NCBI GenBank assembly: GCA_023213395.1
Contig: CM041465.1
Location: 236,661,741-236,725,740, forward strand
From: Cycas panzhihuaensis
Lineage: Eukaryota > Plantae > Cycadophyta
DNA: 64,000 nucleotides
Direction of reading: 5' to 3'
A program made the translations under genes and the position numbers. This document shows, piece after piece, positions 14,169-25,556 of the stretch (positions within the stretch are counted from its first letter, which is position 1; each line of letters opens with the position of its first letter). The notes beneath the pieces were generated by a model, which was not told the DNA's origin, did no database searches, and saw nothing but the letters and a program-made list of their open reading frames with translations.

Positions 14169-15599
14169 ATATGCTATAGTAAGAATTTCAAGACATATAT
14201 ATATATATGCATATACTCCAAAATAAATAAAGTCTATATAAGCAAAGATGTTATTTTTGATAAATAAGATATTATTAGAAGTTAAGAAACATATCAAGAA
14301 ATTGAAATATCTCTAAAAGAATCCTTTGTGGTTGTTTCTACACTTGAGAAAGATTTTAGAATTATATTCGAGGACATAAAAATAGAAGAAGAATATTTTG
14401 AAAGGTCTTCCTCACCCATCAAAGAAATCAATCCTAAAGAAGAAGAGAAAATTAAGATAATTTCCAAAAAGATACCCACATAGTATGTTAAGATAGTTGA
14501 AGAGGTAAAAGGTGATGTGTTTAATCATAGAACTAGATATCAGAAGTATTAGGTATTATTTTACTTAATGAAACTCAATTATATGAGGAAATAAAACAAT
14601 GCAATAGATGGAAAACAATAATGGGTATAGAAATGTTATCTATTTCCAAAAATAAAATATGGAGATTAGTTGAACCACCTACTAATAAGCCAATTTTTAG
14701 TTAGAAATGGGTATATAAGGGGAAAGAAAATTCTAATGAAAAGATAGAGAAATACAAGGTAAGATTGGTGGCTAAGGGGTACACACAAACTGTAAGAATA
14801 AACTATGATGAAACATTCGTTCCAGTAGCAAAATTGAATACCGTGAGAATGGCAATTACCTTAGCAGCATAATAAAATTAGAAAATCTTCCAACTTAACA
14901 TAAAGAGTGCCTTTTTGAATGGAGACATGGAAGAAAAAGTATATATATATATAGTAACCAGAGGGATATATTTGAAAGGGACAAGGACATCTTATTTATA
15001 AATTAAAGAAGGCCCTATACAACCTAAAGTAAGCTCTAAGGGTCTGGTATAATAAATTAGACAAACATCTCATATAAAATAAAATTTAGAGGTGTGAATT
15101 AGAGCCTAGTTTATATGTAAAGATCAATAAAGGAATGATCACCATAATTGTTATTTATATAGATGACATGATTTTGATAGGAAGTGATATAAAACCCATT
15201 ACAGTCATAAAAGACCAACTAGAAAAAGGATTTAAAATGACTAACTTAGGATTTCTTAATTATTATCTTGGTATATAAATTAAATAGAAGAAGGATTCAA
15301 TCCATTTCACAAACTAAGTATACAGGAAATTTATTAAGAAAATTCAAGATAAAAGACTATAATAAATGTACAACATCAATGGAAATATGGTGTAATATAA
15401 TTAAGACACAAAAGGAACTCCTATCAATTCAACTTTATATAGATAACTAGTCAGTAGCCTAATTTATCTTACTACCATTGGGCATGATATCTCATACTAT
15501 ATAGGTGTAATATCTAGATACATATAGGATCCTAAGATGTCACACTAGAGAGTAAAAAAAAGAATACTCAATTATCTAAAAGTTAATTCTAATTTCAAA
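14169..15599 (+). pseudogene. copia A integrase C-terminus and reverse transcriptase (disrupted)
   Basis: YSKNFKTY, KWVYK..EKYKVRLVAKGYTQ, ETFVPVAKL, KSAFLNGD, IVIYIDDMIL, RILNYLK. Confidence 0.92.
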
Positions 15600-15741
15600 T
15601 TTTTTTTTTTTGATGTGGTAAAAAATGATATTATCGGGGTTTTAACTAGGTACCCATACCCTGTACAGCAAGGCCAACCGGCTCAGCAAAGATGACCATG
15701 ACAAGCCCATGGTCTAGCCCAAATAAAATCACCCAACCTGC

Positions 15742-18700
15742 TCAATCTACCTCCCCAATTTGTGCCTCAGCCCTGACCAGTCTCAGAAACTCCTCTGGGA
15801 AATCCTCTTTCCAAACTTTTGTTCTTTTGTTTGCCACAACCTAGTTTGCCAGCCAATCTGCTGCCGAGTTCCCTTCCCTGAAAGTATGCTGAATCTGAAC
15901 ACCCACTTGAGATCTCAAAATATCCTGAACATCCCTGAAAATATCTACATTGTCCCATCCAGGTTCCACTTCCCCTTTCAAGCATTTAATCACATACATT
16001 GAATCACCCTCTATGACCACCTTTTGGGGGTCCTCCTCAAATCAACGAGTTATCGCTCTCGAATGATACACCTCAGCCTTCTGGTTCGATTGGACGCCAA
16101 AGCACTCCGCAAAAGCCCATCTCAAATTACCACTGTGATCCCTCCACAGGCCACCCCCACCCGCCTCTCTAGGGTTACCCTTGGCCGCACCATCAAAATT
16201 CACTTTCCCCCATAGGATGTCTGGAGGCTGCCATTTGACGTCCTTGCTCCTCACCCTAGCCCCCCCCTGGGGGACAATACCCCACTCTTTTAAGACATCT
16301 TCTTCCCTTTTTGGAATCCTATCCCCTTTAGGCAATACCAATATTTCTGTAATGCCCTTCCTTATTTCCCCCAGAAGGGTCAGGCAATCCTTCTCCCTTC
16401 CCTCGAAGATCCTCCTGTTTCGTTCTTTCCAGATATACCATGAGCCAACCAGAAGGATCATCATCCAAAGTTTGATAAGGGTTTTACTCTTGAAGGGGGG
16501 GGGGGGGGGCAAGCTGTCCATTGATCTTTAAGGGATTTAGATGATACCCAGGCTATCCCCATCTCAGACCAGAAGTTACTCCAAATGCAAGCCAAAAAGG
16601 GACAGTGAATACTTAGGTGATCCAGGGTTTCAACTTCCCTCATGCATAATGCACACCTACTAGCCAAATGAATACCCCTTTTCGACAGATTATCCAGGGT
16701 AAGTAATTTATTTTGGAGGCATAACCACCAAAAAGCGGTAATTTTAGGGAGGATACCTAACTTCTAGACCCCAGCTAGAACATTGTTCATAGCCCACCCC
16801 TCCCTGCTCATCCTCAGATTATAACCATCTTTAACCGAGTATAAACCCGAAGACGAGAGAGGCCATACTAGCGTGTCTGGCACCGACCTCTTTGGGATAT
16901 ATTGGTTCCTTAAAATCTCCTTCACTTTTTGGGATTCCTCCTCCAGACCATGTAGATCCTCAAAGGATCTCCATCTCCTCTCCTTACCTCACCCTACCCA
17001 GTAATCTTTGACTTGCGAACCATAGCGGATTATGCTTTCCCTCTTCATGTTGCCAATGTTGGGCAACTCTTCTAATTTGGAGTGACCGCACCATCTATCT
17101 TCCCAAAACTTAATGCTTTCCCCATCCCCCAGCTTCCATCTCATGCCTTCGCAGAGGAGGGACCTCGCGGATCTGATGGCCCTCCATACTGGGGAACCAT
17201 CAAAGCAATGCCCCTCCTCCAGTAGAAAATGGTTGTCCCCCAAATACTTCCTAGCAATGATTTTCCCCCACATCGCTTCATCTTCTTTAATGAGTCTCCA
17301 CCTCGTCTTTGCCAAGAGGGCTTCATTAAGAAAACCCAGCCTTCTTACGCTGAGGCCCCCTGCCCATTTTGGCTTACAAACCCTCTCCCAAGACACAAGC
17401 TGGAATCTTCTTTTTTCTTCAGCCCCTGACCAAAGAAATCTCTTCATGATTCCCTCCAGAGTGGAAATAACCTTGCTAGGCATCTTGAAAACTGTTATAT
17501 GGTAGACCGGGATGCTCTGCAAGGAGGCCACCACCAATTGAATTTTCCCAGCCCAACTAAGAAGAGCCCCTTTCCATCCCGCTAGCTTCTTGTTGAATCT
17601 GCTCACAATTGGGTCCCATAAATTCTTCCCCATCCTACCCACAAATAGGGGCATATCGAGATAAGAGATGGGGAGGAGGCCCCTGGCCATCTCCAAGATC
17701 CTACATATTCTTCTTTGCTGCCCCTCCGCAGTATTAATGAAGAAGGCCGAGCTTTTGTCCAAATTGATTTTCTGATTTGTAGCCTTTTCATAAACCTAAA
17801 GGCCTAATTTTAGAACCCTGGCTTCCTCCAGGGAGGCCCTGCACAAGAAAATGTTATCATCTACAAACTGATGGAGCACAATATTTTCAAGGTTGGAAGT
17901 AGCCCTTAAGCCAAAAATCCTCCCTAAATGTTGGGCCTCCAAAGTGGCCCTACCTAGCATTTCGGCCATGATAATGAATAAGAAAGGGGAGAGGGGGTCA
18001 CCTTGCCTCAAACCCCTCGACCCTTTAAAGAAAGGGGTCGACCTGCCATTAATCAACACCGCAAAAGAGACACTGGATACACAGCATTTCACCCAGTCTC
18101 TCCAGACCTCCCCGAATCCAAATGGCTCAAGACAATCCAGAAGACAGTCCCACGCCACCCTGTCATAAGCTTTAGACATGTCTGTTTTGATTATCATGCC
18201 CGCTTCCTTACGATGGAATGTCGAGTGTAGGGTTTCGTGGACGGTGATTATACCGTCCGTGATTTGTCTGCCTTTCACAAAACCATCTTGATTTGGAGAA
18301 ATAACCATCGGTAGGGTCTCCCTCAGGCAGTTTGCTAGCAATTTGGACAATATCTTATATTTAACATTACACAGACTGATAGGTCTAAAATCTTCCATGA
18401 CTTCCACTCCCTCCTTCTTCAGAATCAAGGCCAAGAAAGTAGCCTGCCACTCCTTCAAAATTGTCCGTCTTAAGCAGAATTCATTAAGTGCCAGCATCAG
18501 GTCATCCTTGATTATTTCCCAATAATCTTGGAAAAATCCAGGTGGGAATCCATCCGGCCCAGGGGCCTTATCCCTACCCATCTTAAATACAGCCTTCTCC
18601 ACCTCCTCCAGAGTAAAGGCATCTGTCAATTTTTTGTTGAGGGTCTCTGAGATCACTTTCTGAATATATTACAAGAGGCGCCTAAGGGCGTGGTCCTAAG

Positions 18701-19936
18701 AACTGGCTGCGTAAAGCTCCTTAAAGTAATCCATCGCAACACCACCAATCTGATCCTCGGCCTCAACCACCTCCCCATTCCTGCTACGAATTTTAGTAAT
18801 CTTGTTATGGGCCTGTGTCTCATAGTAGAAAGGTGGAAGAACCTAGTGTTTCTATCCCCCTCCCTAATCCACTGCTCTCTGGACTTCTGCTTCCAGAAGA
18901 TTTCCTCCTTTTCCAACACCTCCTCAAGTCTCCTGGAAGTGGAACGCTCCTTGTTGTCCAACTCCTGGGATCGACCTTCGGTCTGGATCCTATCCTCGAT
19001 CTCTTTGAGCTCCCCCAACAGATCATCCTTATTCTCAAAGATATTTCCAAAAATCTCCCTGTTCCAGATCTTGATTTGTTGCTTAATCCAGTTCAGTTTC
19101 TTCGAAAACCTGTACATGACGCACCCTTGAATCTGGACACCCCACCAATCCAAGATTCTCTCCCTCAGATCTGGATGTTTCTGCCACATGAGTTCAAAAC
19201 AAAAAGGAGCCCCCTTGTGGAAGTCCGGTATGGATCCCTCCAGGACAAGAGGCGAATGATCTAACCCAGACTTTGGCAGAGCATCCAGCCTTACTCACTC
19301 GAAATGACAGGCCCACTCATAATTTAATAACATCCTGTCCAATCTATATTGTATGTGGTTATGACCTAATCTCCTGTTGGACCACGTGAACTTAGCACCT
19401 CTAAGGGGCACGTCCATCAAACCCCCTGATTGTAAGAATACACCTAGATCAGACATACTTCTGGTCCACCCTCCTTGCCCCCCCTTCTTCTCATCCGGGC
19501 TCAGGGGGGAGTTAAAATCCCCCCCCACCAACCAGGGTCCTCTCCAATCTCTGTGGGTCTCCACCAATCTCTCCCACAACCTTCTTCTGCCCTCCACCGA
19601 TGTGGGGGCATAGACATTGGTAATCCAGTACTCCTTGTTAGTTGATAGGCTGACCAAGACAATGGTTAAAAAATGCTCGGACTTGCACACCTCATAACCT
19701 TTCCATCTTTTCAGATTCCAGAGAGAGACCAACCCCCTCGAGCCCTCTGAACCTACCGATGTCATCCTCTCACCTTTTCTCCAAATCTTATTAAGCACCT
19801 CTATTTCCTTTGTCTGTTCCAATTTGGTTTCCTGTAGGAGGACAAGATCCGCATCAATCCTAATCCTTAGTTCTCTAACCATTCTCTGCTTGGAAGGGGC
19901 GTTTAACCCCCTAATATTCCACGAAAGGACCTTCAT
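15742..19936 (-). pseudogene. LINE ORF2: APE endonuclease - RT - zf-RVT - RNase H (frameshifts and stops)
   Basis: MKVLSWNIRGLN, LQETK, GGDFN, RLDR (endonuclease); KAPGPDG, FRPISLCN, DMSKAYDRV, GLRQGDPLSP, QFVDD (RT); CALC..ETLDHL..HC; KVNFDGAAKGNP (RNase H). Confidence 0.95.
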
Positions 19937-19954
19937 CGAGAACCAGACCTCTCC

Positions 19955-21438
19955 TCAACCTCTCTTGCTCCTGAGGTTAGGTCCATCTAATGCTCCCCCC
20001 TCTTTTAACGTACTCTGAAAGCCTATATCTATTTGGGCCTGAGTTTCTTTCTCTCTGGTAGCCTTTTTGGGGGGTCTTCCCACCTTCTTCTCTATCCCAT
20101 AATCTGGTGCCCTCCTCACTTCTGATGTGTTACTTTTTGAAACCCACTTACGTGCTCCTCCTCCTTTTTCTACTTCTGCTCCTTTAGATGCTGCTCCTCC
20201 TTTGACTACAATACCAACCTGTCACACCTCTTGATTCAGATCTCTCAGACCTCCTTCCTCAGGCTAAGAAAAGTAATCCTCTAAATCCAAGTTTATGTTC
20301 TTGGCAAGCCCTACCAAAGCCAGCTCTACACCTGTGGCAAGAGAAGCTCCGTCCCCCTGTACTCACCCCAGCTCCACAGGTTGATCTATATGTGCCTCTG
20401 CTTCCCGGCATGCTACCTCGCTTGGGGCTTGGGCCAGAGCATCACCAATACACAGGCGGATTACATTGCAGGCTCGAGTGCCACCCGAACCTTACCCCCA
20501 ACCACCTTACTAACTGAGGGACAAGTCTGAGCCACGTCCTTCTCCCCATCCATACTGCAAGGAGGGGCAGGAACATCGGGTGACCTAGATGTCTCAGTTG
20601 TCACAACATCCGCCTCTCTACAAGCCTCCTTACCTAATCCTTCAGATTCTTCTACTCTTTCTTCTTCATTCTCCACCTTCCTAGACACCTGAACGGCCTC
20701 CCCCTGAGGGATTCCAGGGCATTGGAAGGGGAGATGCCCCCAGCTCTTACATTTTGCGCAACTAAAGCCCTCCACCTCATAAAATAAAGCTTGGATGATA
20801 GATCTACCATCCAATTCTAACTCCACCTCCACTGGGAGTTTGCTGTCTAACTTTGCTAGAACACAAAATCTAGTATTCATCAGTCTGGATCTATGCATTG
20901 TAGCTGAATCCAGGGCTAAAAGTGGCCCGATCAATCTGGCCGCCCCTTTAACCGTCTCCGAGTTCCAAAAGTGCAGAGGGAGCCCAGGGAGTTGGACCCA
21001 CATCGGAGCTTGCTTAACCACAGGAGTGCCCAGATCAAAGTCAGGGTGCCATTTCTCCAGTGACATGGCCTTCCTTCCAAACATCTAATGAGACTTAAGG
21101 AGGATAGGGACCATATCCTCCTGATTCAAAAATCTAAAAAGGACACATCCTTTGGGCATAGCAATGACTTGGACAGGATTTCTAGTCTTCCATTTGTTTC
21201 TAATCCACTCTCTTATGGTATCCAAACCTGGCCTGGGACCTGAAAACCTACCCACCAGGCTGTGCTCCCAGTACTGAATGGTTTTTTCGGTTACTTCTTT
21301 CGGTATCGATAGTTTATATCGGTTTCCATTTTTAACCGGGATAATTTCATGTTCCTCATAGTTTCCAGTTCTTAGTGCATCCAGGTAAGTTCTCCCCATG
21401 GGAGGGGACTGAGACTGGTTCTGGTCTGACTGCATCAT
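19955..21438 (-). pseudogene. LINE ORF1 (DUF4283-like domain + CX2CX4HX4C zinc knuckle)
   Basis: SLVGRF..WIRNKW..LFRF, an in-frame TAG at 21085-21087 where W is expected (SH*MFGRK), WVQLPGLPLHFW, CAKCKSWGHLPFQC, and a basic C-terminus ending ~19955. Confidence 0.9.
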
Positions 21439-21848
21439 ATAGAAAAAACTAACAAAAACTGAACCAATAACAGAAAGCTAAGACTCACCACTAGACATCT
21501 GCCTTCGCTTTGCCAATCCCCTTGACTCTTAGCATATCTGAAGGTCCAAGCCTGAATGTGCATGAATCTACCTCTGATTGAGGCTCTAAAACCCGTGAAA
21601 CCCTTGGTAGGGCCGCTAACATATACTTGGATCTTGCCAGAAACTAGAGAGGAGACCGAACTCTCCCCTTTCAGCACAATCGCACCAAAATGCTTTCCTT
21701 TGGCACTGACTACCCGTGCTGGGCGTTTGCATACCCTGCTCGCCTCTCCCTTTGAGCTCCATCCCGCGCATTGATCCTCCTCGAAACCCCAGCTGGGAAG
21801 CTCCCGTCTGGCTCCAACACACACAGACCGGTCACGCCATCGGGCCAT
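21435..21848 (-). CDS. Upstream ORF in the LINE leader (137 aa) or first exon of a spliced ORF1
   Basis: Open ATG-started ORF whose TGA overlaps the ORF1 ATG. A GT..AG 59-bp segment (21488-21430) would join it in frame to ORF1. Confidence 0.45.
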   Translation of the reverse strand: MARWRDRSVCVGARRELPSWGFEEDQCAGWSSKGEASRVCKRPARVVSAKGKHFGAIVLKGESSVSSLVSGKIQVYVSGPTKGFTGFRASIRGRFMHIQAWTFRYAKSQGDWQSEGRCLVVSLSFLLLVQFLLVFSI

Positions 21849-21925
21849 CGCGTCTGGGGGACCTCCCCCCCTCCTCCACTCTCGAATCCGGCTAACCCTA
21901 GCCGCCAGAGCCTGTAGAAAAAACC

Positions 21926-22425
21926 TAATTCTAATTTCAAACTTATCTATGCTAAAAATGACACATAAAAGTTAGATGGATATAGTAGCTCTGATTGGCC
22001 AAGAGATAGAGAAGACCAAAAGTCTAGTAATATATATTATTTTCTTCTTAGTTTAATAATATTACCCCAAAAACACTAAAAAGCAATTAACTATTGCATC
22101 ATTATCTATAGAGGTTAAATACAAATCAATAGTAAGTGCATCCTATAAAGTAATATGGCTAAGATAATTGCTAATAGATCTAAATTAGAAGTAGAATAGT
22201 CCAACAACTCTTTGTTACAATAATCAAATTATAATAAAGTTAATAAAGAATCTAGTCTTTCATGCTAAAACTAAGCGCGTTGAAGTACATCATCATTTCA
22301 TTTGAGAAAAGGTCTATAATAAAGTTACTATATTGAATAACTAATGAATAACTCATAGACATCTTAATTAAACCTCTTAATAAAGATAAATTTTAATTTT
22401 TTAGAGATAAGCTTGGTTTAAAATA
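21926..22425 (+). pseudogene. copia A RNase H (disrupted)
   Basis: Resumes in frame after the LINE: KLIYAKN..KLDGYSSSDWPRDREDQKS, VFHAKTKRVEVHHHFI, DILIKPL. Confidence 0.92.
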
Positions 22426-22447
22426 GATAAAACATTAAAAGAGAGGG

Positions 22448-22647
22448 TGTTAGAATAATGTTTTATCTAGGATAGTGTCTTATATTATATAGTTAATTAA
22501 TGAGGGTTATGTGGTTATCCCTCTTTATTATAAGAATGACAAGTGGCTTATATGTAATAAGTGGTTATTCAATTCTCCTTATACTTATAGTGAGAATATA
22601 TCTAATTTAATCAATGAAAATTTCTCATTATTTTAATGTTTTTATCA
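22448..22647 (+). repeat. 3' LTR of copia A (200 bp)
   Basis: TGTTAG...TATCA, preceded by PPT and followed by TSD; aligns with 7349-7490 + 8676-8729. Confidence 0.93.
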
Positions 22648-25227
22648 CTTAATCGATTAGGACCACTACAATCCATCCCTCCTTTAAAGAATACTTCACC
22701 CATGAAGCATCTATATTTTTTTCACTTGGAAGTTTGGGGTATATATGTTTTTATATATATATCCTTCAATCCTCTACTTATTAGGGCTTGAATATCACAA
22801 GCTTTATTATCTTGCTATTTCAAGAAAAACCATATATATCCTCTTCTTGTTTATGATGTTTCTCTATCTAGAACTACTTTTATTAGTGGCTCTCTTATTG
22901 ATTGATCCTCAAACTTGTGAACTCTAAGGTCTTATATCCCAATTGTATATTGTATCTACTTGTAGTTGTCCTTAAGGAGAAATTAAGGGATTGGAAGGAA
23001 AACATATAAAATATAGAAATTATATTAGGAAGGTAGAATTTGGAAATAATTGGTAGGAATATAAAGGTAGGATTACATGTAAGAGACATGGAATACATGG
23101 GTTAAATTACATGAGGGGAGGTATAGGTAAACATATATTCAGGATAGGGAATTAAAAGACATAAGACATAGAGGATATTAATGAGTTATTTTAGGGGAAA
23201 AACTAAGGGAAAGAATATATGAGGACCTAAATGGAGAATGTGATATATAATGGTTAGGATAGATAAGAGGTAGATAAAAGGAATTTATGGATTATAAAGG
23301 TGGTGTTATATAGAATGAAGGGTAAATGAATCTAGATCTATGAGTGAATTTAGAGTTTAATAGAGATAAGGAAGGCAAGTATCAAACAGGGGCTAAGAAG
23401 TCCTTATGGAAAAAGGTTTTGGTAATGGAATGTGAGGGTGATTTATGGGTAATATAAAGGGATAGAGGGAAATGTATAAGGTAGTGATAAGGTTGGTGGT
23501 ATCTAACGTGGGGATATAAGAAGGAAAAAGATAATTATCTAAAGAGAGGATATATAATAATAGTAGTAGGGGTTGAAACTTACTAAGAGGGCTTCAAAAG
23601 ATGAGGAATATAGGAGTGGTGATAAAGAGACTTCCTAGGGAATGGGATGTGAAAGGGTATCTTATGTGGAATAGGCATTTCACCTACTAGAAATAAGGAA
23701 CCTAGGGTTTCAAGTTCTAATTTGTTTATAGGACTTTGTGGTATAAAGGGTTAAGGATGTTCTAAGTCTATAGAATTTAGGATATTAAGATGAATAATAA
23801 AACTTCCAAAAGAAATAAATAAGTGTGCTATAAGATTAGATTTTAAAGCAAGTACATTCATAGGGATATGTTATACATTAGCTTCTTGCTTAACCTCCTT
23901 ACTAATAGGTATCTTTGTGCTTAATATCTCCCCATTAAAAAGTATTTCCATTCTTAATTTATGCATTCTACTTGTATTCTTACCATACTACTCATTCATA
24001 GGATCCTCATCATATTATTCTTTAATTTGATCACCTAGTTCTTTATATGTGTTACTTGTATTTTCTTCATGTGGCTCCTTTATAGGCCTCTCACTAGATT
24101 ATTTTTCCACTTGACTGACTTCTTCTATTATTTTCTTTATATGATCTATAATGCTCTTTAAAAGAGCTAAGAACTCAATTTTGATGTCTTCTTCTTGACA
24201 TTTATTATTAAAATTTATAAATGCTTTATTAAATACAAACTTACTAGTATACTTATTTCGATACATAAGCCACCATCTTCTAATTCGTATATCAAAGAGT
24301 ATGATAAGTTTCTTTGAGAAGTGTTCACATCGAATCTAATGAGACATATTAGAGGCCCTTATATGAACCTTTCCACCTAATATGGATCAATAATTAGATA
24401 AAATTCATATTTCAATGTTTTAGTAATTCTAAAATATACTTTAATCTTATGTAGCTATATTGTGGGTCATATTTCTCTCTCTCCCATAAAAGTAGGGATA
24501 CCTAACTCTATTATTAACTATTAACTTTAAAAAATAACTACTATATTAAATTAGTTCTAAAATATACCTCGATTCTTATAGCAAAATTTATGGCCCTTTT
24601 ACATGAGTTAATTAGAAATTTTAAGGACTATAGTAGTACCTATTACTAAAATGTTAATGACTTTTTATTCTAATATCTAATTAATATAAAACTACTTTTA
24701 ATGGAAAGTAGATGTTGAGACACACATATTCACAAAACATTTGAGGTTAATTGGATACTTATGGATAATGTTATAGCTATTTAAAGTTGTATTAGTTAAT
24801 TTTAAGCCTTAAAGAAAGTGATAGACAATAGGCTAAAACTAAATTTCTTATAATTTTCATAATTTCACTCTAAAACCTATAATATAACCATTCAAAATTT
24901 ATATAGTTGATTCAAATTCATGGTTATTTTTTTAAATTTTCCTTATTTATACTCTAAACAATGTAGATATTTAGTATACTAACAACGAAGCTCTAATACC
25001 ACTAGTAATGAATTATTATACTAAAACCTTGAGGTGTTAGTGAAAACAGTCTAGGTATGTAACATTACCTCCCCTACAAGGTGTTGATATCTTGGTGACC
25101 CACTCTCAGTAACCTATATTTAATAATTTTACACCTCATCTGGCCCTAATGAACTCTACTATGATAATATTCTTCTGAGGTTGTCCTCTCCAAGAATTAT
25201 ACGTGTGATTTTAGCTTTGATACCACT

Positions 25228-25468
25228 TGAAGTGATCTTAAATTGGATCTACTTCAACAAACACAAAAGATATTTGAATTGAAAGTTGAATAGGTAAAAT
25301 TGTCCTAACTACTAAATAAAATTAGAATTAACCCAAAAATAATACTTACAAAATGAGCTAGGGGTCACTTTGGCTCCCTATTAAAAAATCTACTTTAATA
25401 ATAATATTAATAATACAATACTAATTTCTAAATATAAAAATTAATTTTATATTAAAACTATCACTCCT

Positions 25469-25502
<34 letters not shown>

Positions 25503-25556
25503 AAATCTAGCTTCTAATAAAATACAAACTCTCCTTAATAGATTAGGACCACTACA
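25228..25556 (-). repeat. 5' LTR of element B
   Basis: TG...CA termini, adjacent PBS gctttgatacca (reverse complement TGGTATCAAAGC), contains an (AAT)n/poly-A tract. Confidence 0.75.

Larger units (their letters stand above)
15600..21925 (-). mobile_element. Full-length L1-clade LINE with C-terminal RNase H
   Basis: Poly-T at 15600-15611, perfect 16-bp TSD TAATTCTAATTTCAAA (15584-15599 and 21926-21941), ORF1 and ORF2 present, GC/CpG-richer than the flanks. Confidence 0.98.
7349..22647 (+). mobile_element. Ty1/copia LTR retrotransposon (copia A), degenerate, with three nested insertions
   Basis: 5' LTR 7349-8729 (split by a LINE) and 3' LTR 22448-22647, ~15% divergent over the first 142 bp. 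Perfect 5-bp TSD CTTAA at 7344-7348 and 22648-22652. Degenerate PBS at 8730-8741, PPT aaaagagaggg before 22448, domain order gag-PR-INT-RT-RH. Confidence 0.95.
7030..25556 (-). mobile_element. Old, probably non-autonomous LTR retrotransposon (element B), interrupted by copia A
   Basis: Homologous ~330-bp LTRs at 25228-25556 and 7030-7348 + 22653-22670 (shared tgaa..atc.taaatt.gatctacttc and cttctaataaaatac.aactctccttaa..gattaggaccactaca). tRNA-Met-type PBS at 25214-25225 and PPT at 22671-22687, both minus strand. No recognisable pol; no TSD found. Confidence 0.7.

Noticed and set aside
16024-21774. Many plus-strand ORFs overlapping the LINE
   Set aside because: They are antisense shadows of GC-rich ORF1/ORF2 with no recognisable motifs.
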